From positions 1-39,533 of the forward strand of contig CAZMVJ010000003.1 of assembly GCA_964569445.1 (NCBI GenBank): a stretch of 39,533 nucleotides of DNA, read 5' to 3'. Source of the DNA: an uncultured Anaerolineaceae bacterium. Lineage in GTDB: Bacteria > Chloroflexota > Anaerolineae > Anaerolineales > E44-bin32. The position numbers and the translations under genes are program-made. The notes below the pieces were generated by a model, which ran no database searches, was not told where the DNA came from, and saw only the letters and a list, made by a program, of their open reading frames with translations. Positions 1 to 9,789 of this stretch are shown here, piece after piece (positions within the stretch are counted from its first letter, which is position 1; each line of letters begins with the position of its first letter).

Positions 1-782
1 CGCCCGGGTTCGTCGGCGCCGACCTGGAGAACCTGGTGAACGAGGCCGCCATCCTGGCCGCCCGACGTAACAAGAAGAGCATCGGCCCCAGTGAATTCCA
101 GGAATCCATCGAACGGGTCATCGCCGGTCCCGAACGCAAGAGCCGTATCATCAGCCCGGAGGAAAAGCGTATCGTCGCCTACCACGAGGCCGGGCATGCC
201 GTGGTGACGCACGTCATCCCCGACGGCGACCCGGTGCACAAGGTCAGCATCATCGCCCGCGGCATGATGGGTGGCTTCACCATGGCTCTGCCGACGGAAG
301 ATACCATTCTGCAATCGCGCAACAAGCTCAAGGCCGACATGGCCATGCTGCTCGGCGGTCGGGCGGCGGAGGAGATCGTCTTCAGCGACATCACCTCCGG
401 CGCCGCCAACGACCTGGAACGGGTGACGCGCCTGGCGCGCAATATGGTCACCCGCCTGGGGATGAGCGCGGACCTCGGCCCGCTGACCTATGGACAGAAA
501 GAGGAGCTGATTTTCCTGGGGCGTGAGATCTCGGAGCAGCGCGACTACTCGGAGACCGTCGCCGAGCGCATCGACGCCGCCGTCCGCTCGCTGGTCGACG
601 AGTCGTATGCGCGCGCCCGGCGCATCCTCAACCAGTACCGGGCGCAGCTCGACAACATCGCCCGTCGCCTGATCGAGGTCGAGACGCTCGACAGCGAGGA
701 GTTTGTCAGGATCTTCGACCAGCCGGTCGAGCCGAAGGTCAGCGGCACGCCGATCCCGATGCCGCAGGCGACGCCGGCCTAG
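1..782 (+). CDS. ftsH: ATP-dependent zinc metalloprotease FtsH, C-terminal part (5' end cut by window edge)
   Basis: The frame is open from base 3 with no start codon (PGFVGADLENLVNEAAILAARR). It has the HEAGH zinc motif (VAYHEAGHAVV) and an M41 protease domain. Stop TAG at 780-782. Confidence 0.95.
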   Translation, partial: PGFVGADLENLVNEAAILAARRNKKSIGPSEFQESIERVIAGPERKSRIISPEEKRIVAYHEAGHAVVTHVIPDGDPVHKVSIIARGMMGGFTMALPTEDTILQSRNKLKADMAMLLGGRAAEEIVFSDITSGAANDLERVTRLARNMVTRLGMSADLGPLTYGQKEELIFLGREISEQRDYSETVAERIDAAVRSLVDESYARARRILNQYRAQLDNIARRLIEVETLDSEEFVRIFDQPVEPKVSGTPIPMPQATPA

Positions 783-787
783 CAAAA

Positions 788-844
788 CAGTGGTCAGTGG
801 TCAGTGAACGGTGGTTAACCGGACAGGCTGACCACTGACCACTG
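788..844. terminator. Perfect 17-bp inverted repeat between the convergent ftsH and acyl-CoA ligase genes; candidate bidirectional terminator
   Basis: CAGTGGTCAGTGGTCAG (788-804) pairs with CTGACCACTGACCACTG (828-844). The 23-nt loop contains the GGTTAACC palindrome. The arms are built from GGTCAGT/ACTGACC heptads, and a further CCACTGACCAC copy lies at 853-863. There is no U-tract. Confidence 0.5.
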
Positions 845-868
845 GCCACTCCCCACTGACCACGTTTC

Positions 869-2554
869 TTAGGCCGGGTGCTTTTCCTTGTCCTGGCGGA
901 CCAGCTCGCGCCGCAGGATCTTCCCAACCGTCGTCTTGGGCAGCTCGGCCCGGAACTCGACCTGGGTCGGCACCTTGAACACTGCCATCCTCTCCTTACA
1001 CCAGGCCCTGACCTCTTCCTCCGTCAACGTCTCACCCGGGCGTACCACCACCCAGGCCTTGACGGTCTCGCCGCGGTAGGCGTCCGGGATACCGGCCACA
1101 CCGACGTCGAGCACTTTCGGGTTCTTGGCGATCTCCTCCTCGACCTCGCGCGGCCATACCTGGAAACCGCCCGGTTTGATCAGTTCCTTCTTGCGGTCGA
1201 CGATGTAGAAGTAGCCGTCCGCGTCCATCCGGGCGATGTCGCCGGTGAAGAGCCAGCCGTCTCGCAGCGAATTGGTCGTCTCCGTCGGCATGTTGTGGTA
1301 GCCGCGCATGACGTTCGGCGACCGAATGGCGAGTTCCCCGATCTCTCCCGACGCCAGCACGGTCACTCCGTCATCCAGCGAGATGATGCGGCAGTCGACG
1401 TCGGGGAAGGGCAACCCGATCGATCCGGAGCGGTTCTCGCCGAGCAACGGGTTGCAGTGCGTTGCCGTCGGAGCCTCCGATAGGCCGAAGCCTTCCACCA
1501 ACTTGCCGCCCGTCAACGCCTCGAAGCGGTCCTTGGTCTCCCGCAGGAGAGGCGCCGAGCCGGAGATGCAAGCCTTGATCGAGGTCAGCTTGTACTTGCC
1601 GGCGGCGACGTCGGGGTGGTTGTTGATGGCGTTGTACATGGTCGGGACGCCGGGGAAGACCGTCGGTTGAACCTTGTCGATGTTTTCGAGAACGTCCTTC
1701 AAGTCGCGTGGATTGGGGATCATGACCATCGAGGCGCCGCTGCGGACGGCAAAGGACATCCCGGCGACCATCCCGTAGACGTGGAACATCGGGATCGCCA
1801 TCAAGACGATCTCTTCGCCGTCCCGGCATTGGGTCATCCAGCTGTGGATCTGGAGGGTATTGGCGACCAGGTTGCGGTGCGTCGCCACCGCCGCCTTGGA
1901 CAGCCCGGTGGTCCCGCCGCTGTACTGGAAGAGCGCCACGTCCTCCGGCCCGATCTCAAGTGCCGGCCGCTCACGGCGATCGTGCCGGCCGAGCACATCC
2001 TGCAGCCACAGGTCGCCTTCTGCCAGAGTCACACGATGGCCGCCCTTTTTCTCCTTCAGCAGCGTGAACAGCGTCCGCATCGGGCCCGGCAGATACTCCT
2101 TGATATTGGTCACCACCAACCGCCGCAAGCGGGTCTTGGGCTGGACGCTCTTGACCAGGTTGTAGAAGTTGCTCATCACCAGCATGATCTCGATGCCGGC
2201 GTCGTTCAACTGGTGCTCGATCTCGCGCGCCGAATACAGCGGGTTGGTGGCGACGACGACGCCGCCGGCCTTGAGGATGGCGTAGAAGGCCATCACGAAT
2301 TGCGCCGAGTTCGGCATGAAAATCCCTACCGGGTTGCCCTTCTTTACCCCGAGGGCCGCCAGGCCGGCTGCCAGCCGATCGGTCAGCTCGTCCATTTCGG
2401 CGTAGGTCACGACGTGGCCTTTGAAGATCGCGCAGGGGCGGCTCCCGTAGGTTCGGGCGGAGGCTTCCAGGAAATGATGGAGCGGGATGGGCGGCACGTC
2501 GATATGGTGGGGAACGCCGGGGTCGTAGCGCTTCAGCCAGGGCCGATCGTCCAT
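869..2554 (-). CDS. fadD: AMP-dependent long-chain acyl-CoA synthetase (FadD-like)
   Basis: 561-aa ORF with the AMP-binding signature FQYSGGTTGLSKAAVATHRNL, then GWLFTGDIARMDADGYFYIVDRKKELIK and C-terminal PKTTVGKILRREL. An AAGGAGA Shine-Dalgarno (complement of 2561-2567) sits 6 nt upstream of ATG 2554. Confidence 0.9.
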   Translation of the reverse strand: MDDRPWLKRYDPGVPHHIDVPPIPLHHFLEASARTYGSRPCAIFKGHVVTYAEMDELTDRLAAGLAALGVKKGNPVGIFMPNSAQFVMAFYAILKAGGVVVATNPLYSAREIEHQLNDAGIEIMLVMSNFYNLVKSVQPKTRLRRLVVTNIKEYLPGPMRTLFTLLKEKKGGHRVTLAEGDLWLQDVLGRHDRRERPALEIGPEDVALFQYSGGTTGLSKAAVATHRNLVANTLQIHSWMTQCRDGEEIVLMAIPMFHVYGMVAGMSFAVRSGASMVMIPNPRDLKDVLENIDKVQPTVFPGVPTMYNAINNHPDVAAGKYKLTSIKACISGSAPLLRETKDRFEALTGGKLVEGFGLSEAPTATHCNPLLGENRSGSIGLPFPDVDCRIISLDDGVTVLASGEIGELAIRSPNVMRGYHNMPTETTNSLRDGWLFTGDIARMDADGYFYIVDRKKELIKPGGFQVWPREVEEEIAKNPKVLDVGVAGIPDAYRGETVKAWVVVRPGETLTEEEVRAWCKERMAVFKVPTQVEFRAELPKTTVGKILRRELVRQDKEKHPA

Positions 2555-2632
2555 GTCGCTTCTCCTTCGAGGCGTACGGAGGGGATCTCCTCATTCTATA
2601 TACACCGGAAGAGGCGGCCGACAAAGCGCCAA

Positions 2633-2641
2633 TGCTATAAT
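2633..2641 (+). promoter_or_regulatory. Candidate extended -10 element (TGCTATAAT) in the divergent intergenic region
   Basis: The sequence tgctataat at 2633-2641 matches TGnTATAAT. No convincing -35 is present. It would give a leader of about 100 nt before GTG 2751, and that leader contains the hairpin GCCCCGctcgtCGGGGC. Confidence 0.3.
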
Positions 2642-2750
2642 TCTTCGCTCCCAGGCCGCCGCGCCGCGGTCGGCCTCGCCCCGCACAGTCGCCCCGCTCG
2701 TCGGGGCTTCGGCATCAAGGATAGAAGCTAGACCCAGGAGGTCCGATTCC

Positions 2751-4073
<1,323 letters not shown>

Positions 4074-4183
4074 AACGGCGCGCCTGGATGGCCGGAGGCA
4101 CCTGGGCCGTTCCATCTCCGCTCAGCCTCCATTCCGCCTCGGCGCGTGGCGCCTCCATGATCGCCTGGCCGGCTCGCTAGACC

Positions 4184-5737
4184 ATGCTGCCCGACTACCG
4201 CGTTCGCCAGCGCGACGAACTGCTCGCCATCAATCGGCTGATCAGCGAAGAGCTCGATCTCACCAAGGTCCTCGCCAGGATTCTGCGGGCCGCTTCTCAG
4301 CTCTTGTCGAGCCATGCCAGCCTGATCGCCCTGCGCGGCGACGGCGGCGGCTGGCGCCTGGCCGCCTCTTACGGCATCCGCCAGGAGTTCCTGCGGGAGC
4401 TCGATCCCCTGCTGAGCGATATCCCCGATCAGGGAGACCCGGCGCGCTTCGCCCTACCGGAGGTCAATCGGCGCCTGCAGCGGATCACCCGCGCCGCGAC
4501 GATGGGCCTGCTCAACGGCGTCGGCCTGCCGATGATCGCGCGCGGCCGGGTGGCGGGGGTCATCTTCGTCTTCCGCTCGTACGAGGGTACCTACTCGGCC
4601 GAAGACCGGAGTCTGCTCCAGGCCTTCGCCTCTCAGGCGGCGATCGCCGTCAACAATGCCAGCCTGTACACCGAGGTCCACCGCCAGAACCAGTACCTCG
4701 ACGCCGTCCTCGAATCCTCGGCCGATGGGATCTTGCTGCTCGACCCGCAGCATCGGATCCTGCGCTTCAACCCGGCCTGCGGGCGGCTGACAGGCTACGG
4801 CGCCGACGAGGCCGTCGGCCGACCCCAGGAAGAGGTTTTGCGCTGGCTGCGCCGCGAGCCCGGGCCCACCCTGGAACAGGCGCAGACCGACGGCTGGCCG
4901 CTTTCACCCCAGGCGACCCTCTACATCGAGGGCGACCTGCTTCGACGCGAAGGCGGCGGGGTGAGCGTCGGCATCACCTACGCGCCCATCGTCTCTCCCG
5001 AGGGCCGGCTGGTCTCGATCGTCGCCAACCTGCGCGACATCACCCGCTTCCGCGAAGCGGAGGAACTGAAGAGCACGTTCATCTCGATCGTCAGCCACGA
5101 GTTGCGCACCCCGGTGGCCTTGATCAAGGGCTACGTCGGGACGCTGCGGCGCGACGATGCGGCCTGGGACCCGGACGTCGTACGCGACAGTCTGGCGGTC
5201 ATCGAGGACGAGGCCGACCGCCTGGCGCGCCTGATCGACGACCTGCTCGACGCCTCGCGCCTGCAGGCCGGCGCCCTGGCGCTCGACCTCGGGGACGTCG
5301 CCCTCGGCCCCTTGCTCGAGCGCCTGGTGACCCGCTTCCGGACCCAGTCGCCGACGCAGCACTTTTCGCTGACCCTGCCTCCCGACCTGCCGATCGTGCG
5401 CGGCGACGAACAGCGCCTGACGCAGGTCGTCGCCAATCTGCTGTCGAACGCCGTCAAGTACTCGCCGGAGGCAGGTGAGATTCGCGTCCGCGCCGAGGCC
5501 AAATCGTCGGAGATCGTCGTTTGCGTGTCCGACGAAGGCCGCGGCATCGATCCCTCCGACGCCCCGCACGTATTCGACCGTTTCTACCGTTCGGCGGCGG
5601 TCACCCGCAGTACCCAGGGCGCCGGCCTGGGCCTGTTCCTGGCCAAGGCCATCGTCGAGGCGCACGGCGGCCGCATCTGGGTCGAACCGCGGGCGCCGCG
5701 CGGCGCCACCCTGTGCTTCTCCCTCCCCCGCGAATGA
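4184..5737 (+). CDS. Cytoplasmic GAF-PAS sensor histidine kinase
   Basis: N-terminal GAF-like region, then PAS (LDAVLESSADGILLLDPQHRILRFNPACGRLTGY). H-box FISIVSHELRTPVALIKGY, N-box NLLSNAVKYSP, G-boxes DEGRGI and GAGLGLFLAKAIVEAHGGRIWVE. No obvious TM segment. Confidence 0.9.
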   Translation: MLPDYRVRQRDELLAINRLISEELDLTKVLARILRAASQLLSSHASLIALRGDGGGWRLAASYGIRQEFLRELDPLLSDIPDQGDPARFALPEVNRRLQRITRAATMGLLNGVGLPMIARGRVAGVIFVFRSYEGTYSAEDRSLLQAFASQAAIAVNNASLYTEVHRQNQYLDAVLESSADGILLLDPQHRILRFNPACGRLTGYGADEAVGRPQEEVLRWLRREPGPTLEQAQTDGWPLSPQATLYIEGDLLRREGGGVSVGITYAPIVSPEGRLVSIVANLRDITRFREAEELKSTFISIVSHELRTPVALIKGYVGTLRRDDAAWDPDVVRDSLAVIEDEADRLARLIDDLLDASRLQAGALALDLGDVALGPLLERLVTRFRTQSPTQHFSLTLPPDLPIVRGDEQRLTQVVANLLSNAVKYSPEAGEIRVRAEAKSSEIVVCVSDEGRGIDPSDAPHVFDRFYRSAAVTRSTQGAGLGLFLAKAIVEAHGGRIWVEPRAPRGATLCFSLPRE

Positions 5738-5766
5738 TTCCCATCCTGTAGCTCCCGAGGTATCCC

Positions 5767-7116
5767 TTGGCCCTGTCGAACGTGCGCTGCCCCAATTGCC
5801 AATCCCCGCTGTCGATCCGGGTCGAGCAGTTGATCGACGTCGAGCGCGATCCCGGCGCCAAGGCGCGCTTGCTGAGCGGCAGCCTCAATCGAGTGCGCTG
5901 CCCGTCCTGCGGCTGGGAAGGCCAACTGGCGACGCCGCTCGTCTACCACGACCCGGGCCACGAACTCCTGCTGACCTATATGCCGGTCGAGATCAACTTG
6001 TCCAAGGCGGAGCAGGAACGACTCATCGGCCAGTTGATCAATCAGGCGATCACCCAGCTCCCGGCCGAACGCCGCAAGGGCTATCTCTTCCAGCCTCAGG
6101 CGGCCCTGACCACCCAGGGATTAGTCGAACGCATTCTCGGGGCGGATGGGATCACTCACGAACAGTTGGAGGAGCAGCGCGCGCGGGTGCGGCTGCTGGA
6201 GGCTCTCCTGCGGACGCCGCCCGAGGGGCAGGCCGCCTTCGCCGCACAGCACGACGCCGAGCTCGACGAGACCTTCTTCCAGCTGGCGGCGGTGAGCCTG
6301 CAGGCGGCGCGCGACGAACGCGCGGCGCGGGCGTTGAGCGAACGCCTGGAAGCGGTGCTGCCGCACACGGCTTACGGCAAGCGGATCCTGGCCCGCGAAG
6401 TGGAAGTGCGATCGGCCGCCGAGAGCTTAAGCCAGCTTAAGGAGCCGTTGACGCGGGAGGCAGTTCTCGATCTGATCCTGCAGGCACCGAGCGAAGAGCG
6501 CCAGGTGACGCTCGCCAGTCTGGCGCGCCCGGCTCTCGACTATGCGTTTTTCCAGGCACTGAGCGAACGTATCGAGCGCGCCGAGGCGCCGGAGAAGGTC
6601 CGGTTGGCGGCCGTTCGGCAGCGGCTGCTGCAGGTCACCCAGGACATCGACGCTGCCCAGGAAGCGCGCGTCGCCGACGCCGGGGCGGTGCTCCAGGCGC
6701 TGCTGCAGGCCGAAGACCTCGATCAGGCGCTGGCGCGGGCCTTGCCCGGCGTGGATGACTTGTTCCTCAGCCTGCTGACCTCCAATCTGCAGGCGGCGCA
6801 GCAACGCGGCGACCAGAAGACGTTACAACGCTTGATGGAGATCGACCGCCGGCTGAGGGAGATCATCCACGAGAGCCTGCCTCCCGGGCTGCAGGTGGCG
6901 CAGCAAGTGCTCGACGAACCTGACGAAGCCGCCGCGCAGCGTCGCCTCGATGAGGCGGGCGAAGCGCTCGACGACGATCTTCTGAACACGCTGCTCTCGA
7001 TGGCGCAACGCCTCGAAAGTTCCGGCGACGACGAGGGGGCCGCTCGCGTACAGCGGCTCCATCGCTACGCCGTCGGAGTTTCGATGCGCCGGAAGATGGC
7101 AGGCGGCAAGGCCTAG
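5767..7116 (+). CDS. CpXC-type zinc-ribbon protein with a long helical Ala/Leu/Glu-rich C-terminal region
   Basis: TTG 5767 lies 7 nt after GAGGT (5755-5759). The N-terminus carries paired motifs VRCPNCQSPL and VRCPSCGWEG (CpXC pattern). The remainder is predicted helical with no recognisable enzyme motif. Confidence 0.7.
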   Translation: MALSNVRCPNCQSPLSIRVEQLIDVERDPGAKARLLSGSLNRVRCPSCGWEGQLATPLVYHDPGHELLLTYMPVEINLSKAEQERLIGQLINQAITQLPAERRKGYLFQPQAALTTQGLVERILGADGITHEQLEEQRARVRLLEALLRTPPEGQAAFAAQHDAELDETFFQLAAVSLQAARDERAARALSERLEAVLPHTAYGKRILAREVEVRSAAESLSQLKEPLTREAVLDLILQAPSEERQVTLASLARPALDYAFFQALSERIERAEAPEKVRLAAVRQRLLQVTQDIDAAQEARVADAGAVLQALLQAEDLDQALARALPGVDDLFLSLLTSNLQAAQQRGDQKTLQRLMEIDRRLREIIHESLPPGLQVAQQVLDEPDEAAAQRRLDEAGEALDDDLLNTLLSMAQRLESSGDDEGAARVQRLHRYAVGVSMRRKMAGGKA

Positions 7117-7232
7117 GTCATTGCGAGGCCCCGAAGGGGCCGTGGCAATCTCCCCATGATGCGATTGCCACCCCTCGGCTGCGCTCGGGGCAGGCTGTGC
7201 CCTTCGGCAAGCTCAGGGCGGCTCGCAATGAC
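7117..7232. repeat. Nested palindromic intergenic element (about 116 nt) between convergent genes
   Basis: Outer arms GTCATTGCGAG (7117-7127) and CTCGCAATGAC (7222-7232). Inner hairpins are GCCCCgaaGGGGC (7128-7140) and GTGGCAATC (7142-7150) with GATTGCCAC (7163-7171). Confidence 0.6.
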
Positions 7233-7250
7233 ATCCTGACTGGCCTCCGC

Positions 7251-8486
7251 TCAGCGCGGAGGCGGTTGTTCTGAATACCAGGCCGACGTCCCCTTGCGGC
7301 AGATCAGCCCCTTGAGGTAGCGTCCCTCGGGGAAATGTGCCGCCACCGGATGGTCTGCCGGTTGGCCAAGCCAGGCTTCGATGAGGACGTGCGCCCCGGC
7401 ATCGCGCGCCGCGCCGGCCACGATCTGCTCGAACAACTCTGGGCCCACCCCGCCGGAGCAGGAAAAGGTCATCAGACGGCCGCCGGGCCGCAACAACTTG
7501 AATGCCAGCAGGTTGATGTCCTTGTAGCCCCGCGCCGCTCGCTGGATCTGGCCGGCCGTCGGGGCGAAGCGAGGCGGGTCCAGGACGATGGCGTCAAACG
7601 ACCTTCCCTGGTCGCGCAGCTTCCGCAGCTCGATGAAAACATCCCCGGCGATGCGCTCAGATCCTTGCGGATCGAGACCGTTGACCGCCAGGTTCTCCGC
7701 CGCCACGTCCAGCGCTCGCTGCGAGCTGTCGACCGAGAGGACCCGGCCGGCGCCGCCGCGCAGCGCGGCGACGGTGAAACCACCCGTATAGCAGAACGCG
7801 TCGAGCACGTCTTCCCCGGCAAGCACCTCACCGGCCCGTCGGCGACTGTCGCGCTGGTCGAGATAGAAGCCCGTCTTGTGGCCTTCGACGACGTCGACCA
7901 GGAAAGTCAGGCCGTATTCCCGAATGGGCAGCAGGCCGGAGGGGATCTCCCCCCACAGGCAACCTCGACTGGGTGAAAGCCCTTCGAGCCGCCGGGCGTC
8001 GTTGTCGGAGCGTTCGAAGATGCCGCGGCAGTCGCCGCGCCGCTGCAGCCCGTCGACCAGAGTCTGGCGGAACCGTTCGGCGCCCGGCGTGAGGAGCTGA
8101 AGGACGCGAATGTCGGCGTATCGGTCGACGATCACACCCGGCAGCAGGTCCGACTCGGCGTTGACCTCGCGATAGGCATCGACCTGCGCTGCCCGGGCCA
8201 GATCGCTCCGCCGCTCGATGGCGGCGTGCAGACGCCGTTCGACCAGACCCTCATCGACCGGCTCGTCCGGGTCGAAGGTCCACACCCGGCAGGCGATGCG
8301 CGACGACGGCGCATACGCGGCGCGGGCCAGCCAGCCGCCGGCGGCGTCGATGATCTCGACGGTGTCGCCGGCGGCGGGAACCCCCTCCATCGACTCGATG
8401 GCGCCGGAGAAAAGCCACGGGTGGCCGTGGAGGAGCGAACGCTCGCGGCCGCGGCGCAGGCGGAGGATGGATGTGGAGGGGGACAT
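7251..8486 (-). CDS. rlmI: RlmI-like rRNA (cytosine-C5) methyltransferase (PUA + class I SAM MTase)
   Basis: N-terminus LRLRRGRERSLLHGHPWLFSGAI is typical of RlmI/YccW. SAM fold motifs VLDAFCYTGGFTVAAL and FDAIVLDPPRFA are present. Confidence 0.8.
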   Translation of the reverse strand: MSPSTSILRLRRGRERSLLHGHPWLFSGAIESMEGVPAAGDTVEIIDAAGGWLARAAYAPSSRIACRVWTFDPDEPVDEGLVERRLHAAIERRSDLARAAQVDAYREVNAESDLLPGVIVDRYADIRVLQLLTPGAERFRQTLVDGLQRRGDCRGIFERSDNDARRLEGLSPSRGCLWGEIPSGLLPIREYGLTFLVDVVEGHKTGFYLDQRDSRRRAGEVLAGEDVLDAFCYTGGFTVAALRGGAGRVLSVDSSQRALDVAAENLAVNGLDPQGSERIAGDVFIELRKLRDQGRSFDAIVLDPPRFAPTAGQIQRAARGYKDINLLAFKLLRPGGRLMTFSCSGGVGPELFEQIVAGAARDAGAHVLIEAWLGQPADHPVAAHFPEGRYLKGLICRKGTSAWYSEQPPPR

Positions 8487-8520
8487 CGGCGTGCGGCGAC
8501 GCAGGCGCGGCGCCGCCTGC

Positions 8521-9729
8521 TTAGAGGATGCCGACTTTGTGCCCGGCCTCGGCGAAGACCGTCGAGGCGGCCTCGATCTCTTCCGGCAGGTGGGCGGCAG
8601 TCACCGTCGCCCGCAGGCGAGCCAGCCCCACCGGGACGGCCGGCGAGACGACGGGCAGGACGAAGATATCTTGCTTGTGCGCCTCCGACGTCATGCGGAA
8701 GGCGCGATCATCCGTCCCGCACAACACCGGGACGATCGCCGTTTCCGTCCGCAGGGTATCAAATCCGTGGCCGCGGACCGATTGGATGAAGTGGGCGGCG
8801 TTGCGTTGAACGGCCTTGACCCGCCAAGGTTCGTCTTCGATGACGCGGAAACCTTCCAGCGCGGCGGCGGCCTGCGCCGGCGGCAGGGCCGCCGAGAAGA
8901 TGTAGGCCCGCGATTGGTGGCGCAAGTAGGTGATCAGATCCCGGGCGCCGGCGATATAGCCGCCGACGCTGGGAATGGTCTTGCTGAGCGTCCCCATCTT
9001 GATGTCGATCACGCCCGGCATGTGGAAATGCTCTTCGATCCCTCGCCCGGTCTCGCCCAGCACCCCGAGCGAATGGGCCTCGTCGATCATCAACCAGGCA
9101 TGATAGCGGCGGCACAGATCGACGACCGGCGGCAGATTGAGGATGTCCCCATCCATGCTGAAGACGGCGTCGCTCACGACCAGCCGGGCGCCCTTCGACG
9201 GCGCCTCCTGCAGCCGCTCCTCCAGATCCTGCACGTCGTTGTGGCGGAAGCGGACGAACTTGGCGCCGGAAAGCAGGCACCCGTCGACGATGCTGGCGTG
9301 GTTGAGTTTGTCGCAGAAGACCGTGTCGTGCCGTCCAACGAGCGTCGACACCGTCGTCAGATTGGTGGCGTAGCCCGAGGAGAAGGTGATGGCATCGTCG
9401 GTCCCCTTGAAGTGGGCTATCATCTCCTCCAACTCGCGGTGGAGGGTCAGGCTGCCGGCCAGGGTGCGCACGCCGTGGGTTCCGGTCCCGAACCGGTCGA
9501 CGGCGTTCTTGGCCGCTTGGCTGATGCGGGGGTGGCCGATCAGGCCCAGATAGGAATACGAGGCGAACATCTTCATCTCACGCCCGTTCACGACGACCCG
9601 CGCACCTCCGCGCAGCTCCGTGACCGGTATGTTGTAGAAGTAGATGCCCCCCTGACTGACGGCTTCGACGCGCGCGCACATCGCCTCGATGCGCTGGCGA
9701 ATGCCGTCTTCCGCCGGGATCCAGTCCAT
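8521..9729 (-). CDS. Alpha-oxoamine synthase family PLP enzyme (BioF / Kbl / serine palmitoyltransferase-like; subfamily not resolvable by eye)
   Basis: Motifs: FASYSYLGL, GTGTHGVRTLAGS, FSSGYATN, SMDGDI, IDEAHSLGVLGETGRG, and the PLP-lysine motif GTLSKTIPSVGGY. Confidence 0.85.
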   Translation of the reverse strand: MDWIPAEDGIRQRIEAMCARVEAVSQGGIYFYNIPVTELRGGARVVVNGREMKMFASYSYLGLIGHPRISQAAKNAVDRFGTGTHGVRTLAGSLTLHRELEEMIAHFKGTDDAITFSSGYATNLTTVSTLVGRHDTVFCDKLNHASIVDGCLLSGAKFVRFRHNDVQDLEERLQEAPSKGARLVVSDAVFSMDGDILNLPPVVDLCRRYHAWLMIDEAHSLGVLGETGRGIEEHFHMPGVIDIKMGTLSKTIPSVGGYIAGARDLITYLRHQSRAYIFSAALPPAQAAAALEGFRVIEDEPWRVKAVQRNAAHFIQSVRGHGFDTLRTETAIVPVLCGTDDRAFRMTSEAHKQDIFVLPVVSPAVPVGLARLRATVTAAHLPEEIEAASTVFAEAGHKVGIL

Positions 9730-9789
9730 ACCGGTCTCCTCCGGTGACGCTGATGACCGGGCCCGCCGCTCCCCCGCGGCAACCCGGCG

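Noticed and set aside
4074-4183. Possible terminator or regulatory hairpin between the aminotransferase and the kinase (GGCGCGCC palindrome, GATGG...CCATC)
   Set aside because: The stems are 5 bp or shorter or are a trivial restriction-site palindrome. There is no U-tract, so the evidence is not convincing.
8218-9747. 509-aa + strand ORF antisense to the alpha-oxoamine synthase and rlmI-like genes
   Set aside because: The composition is Arg/Asp/Gly-rich and motif-free, and the opposite strand encodes proteins with unmistakable family motifs.
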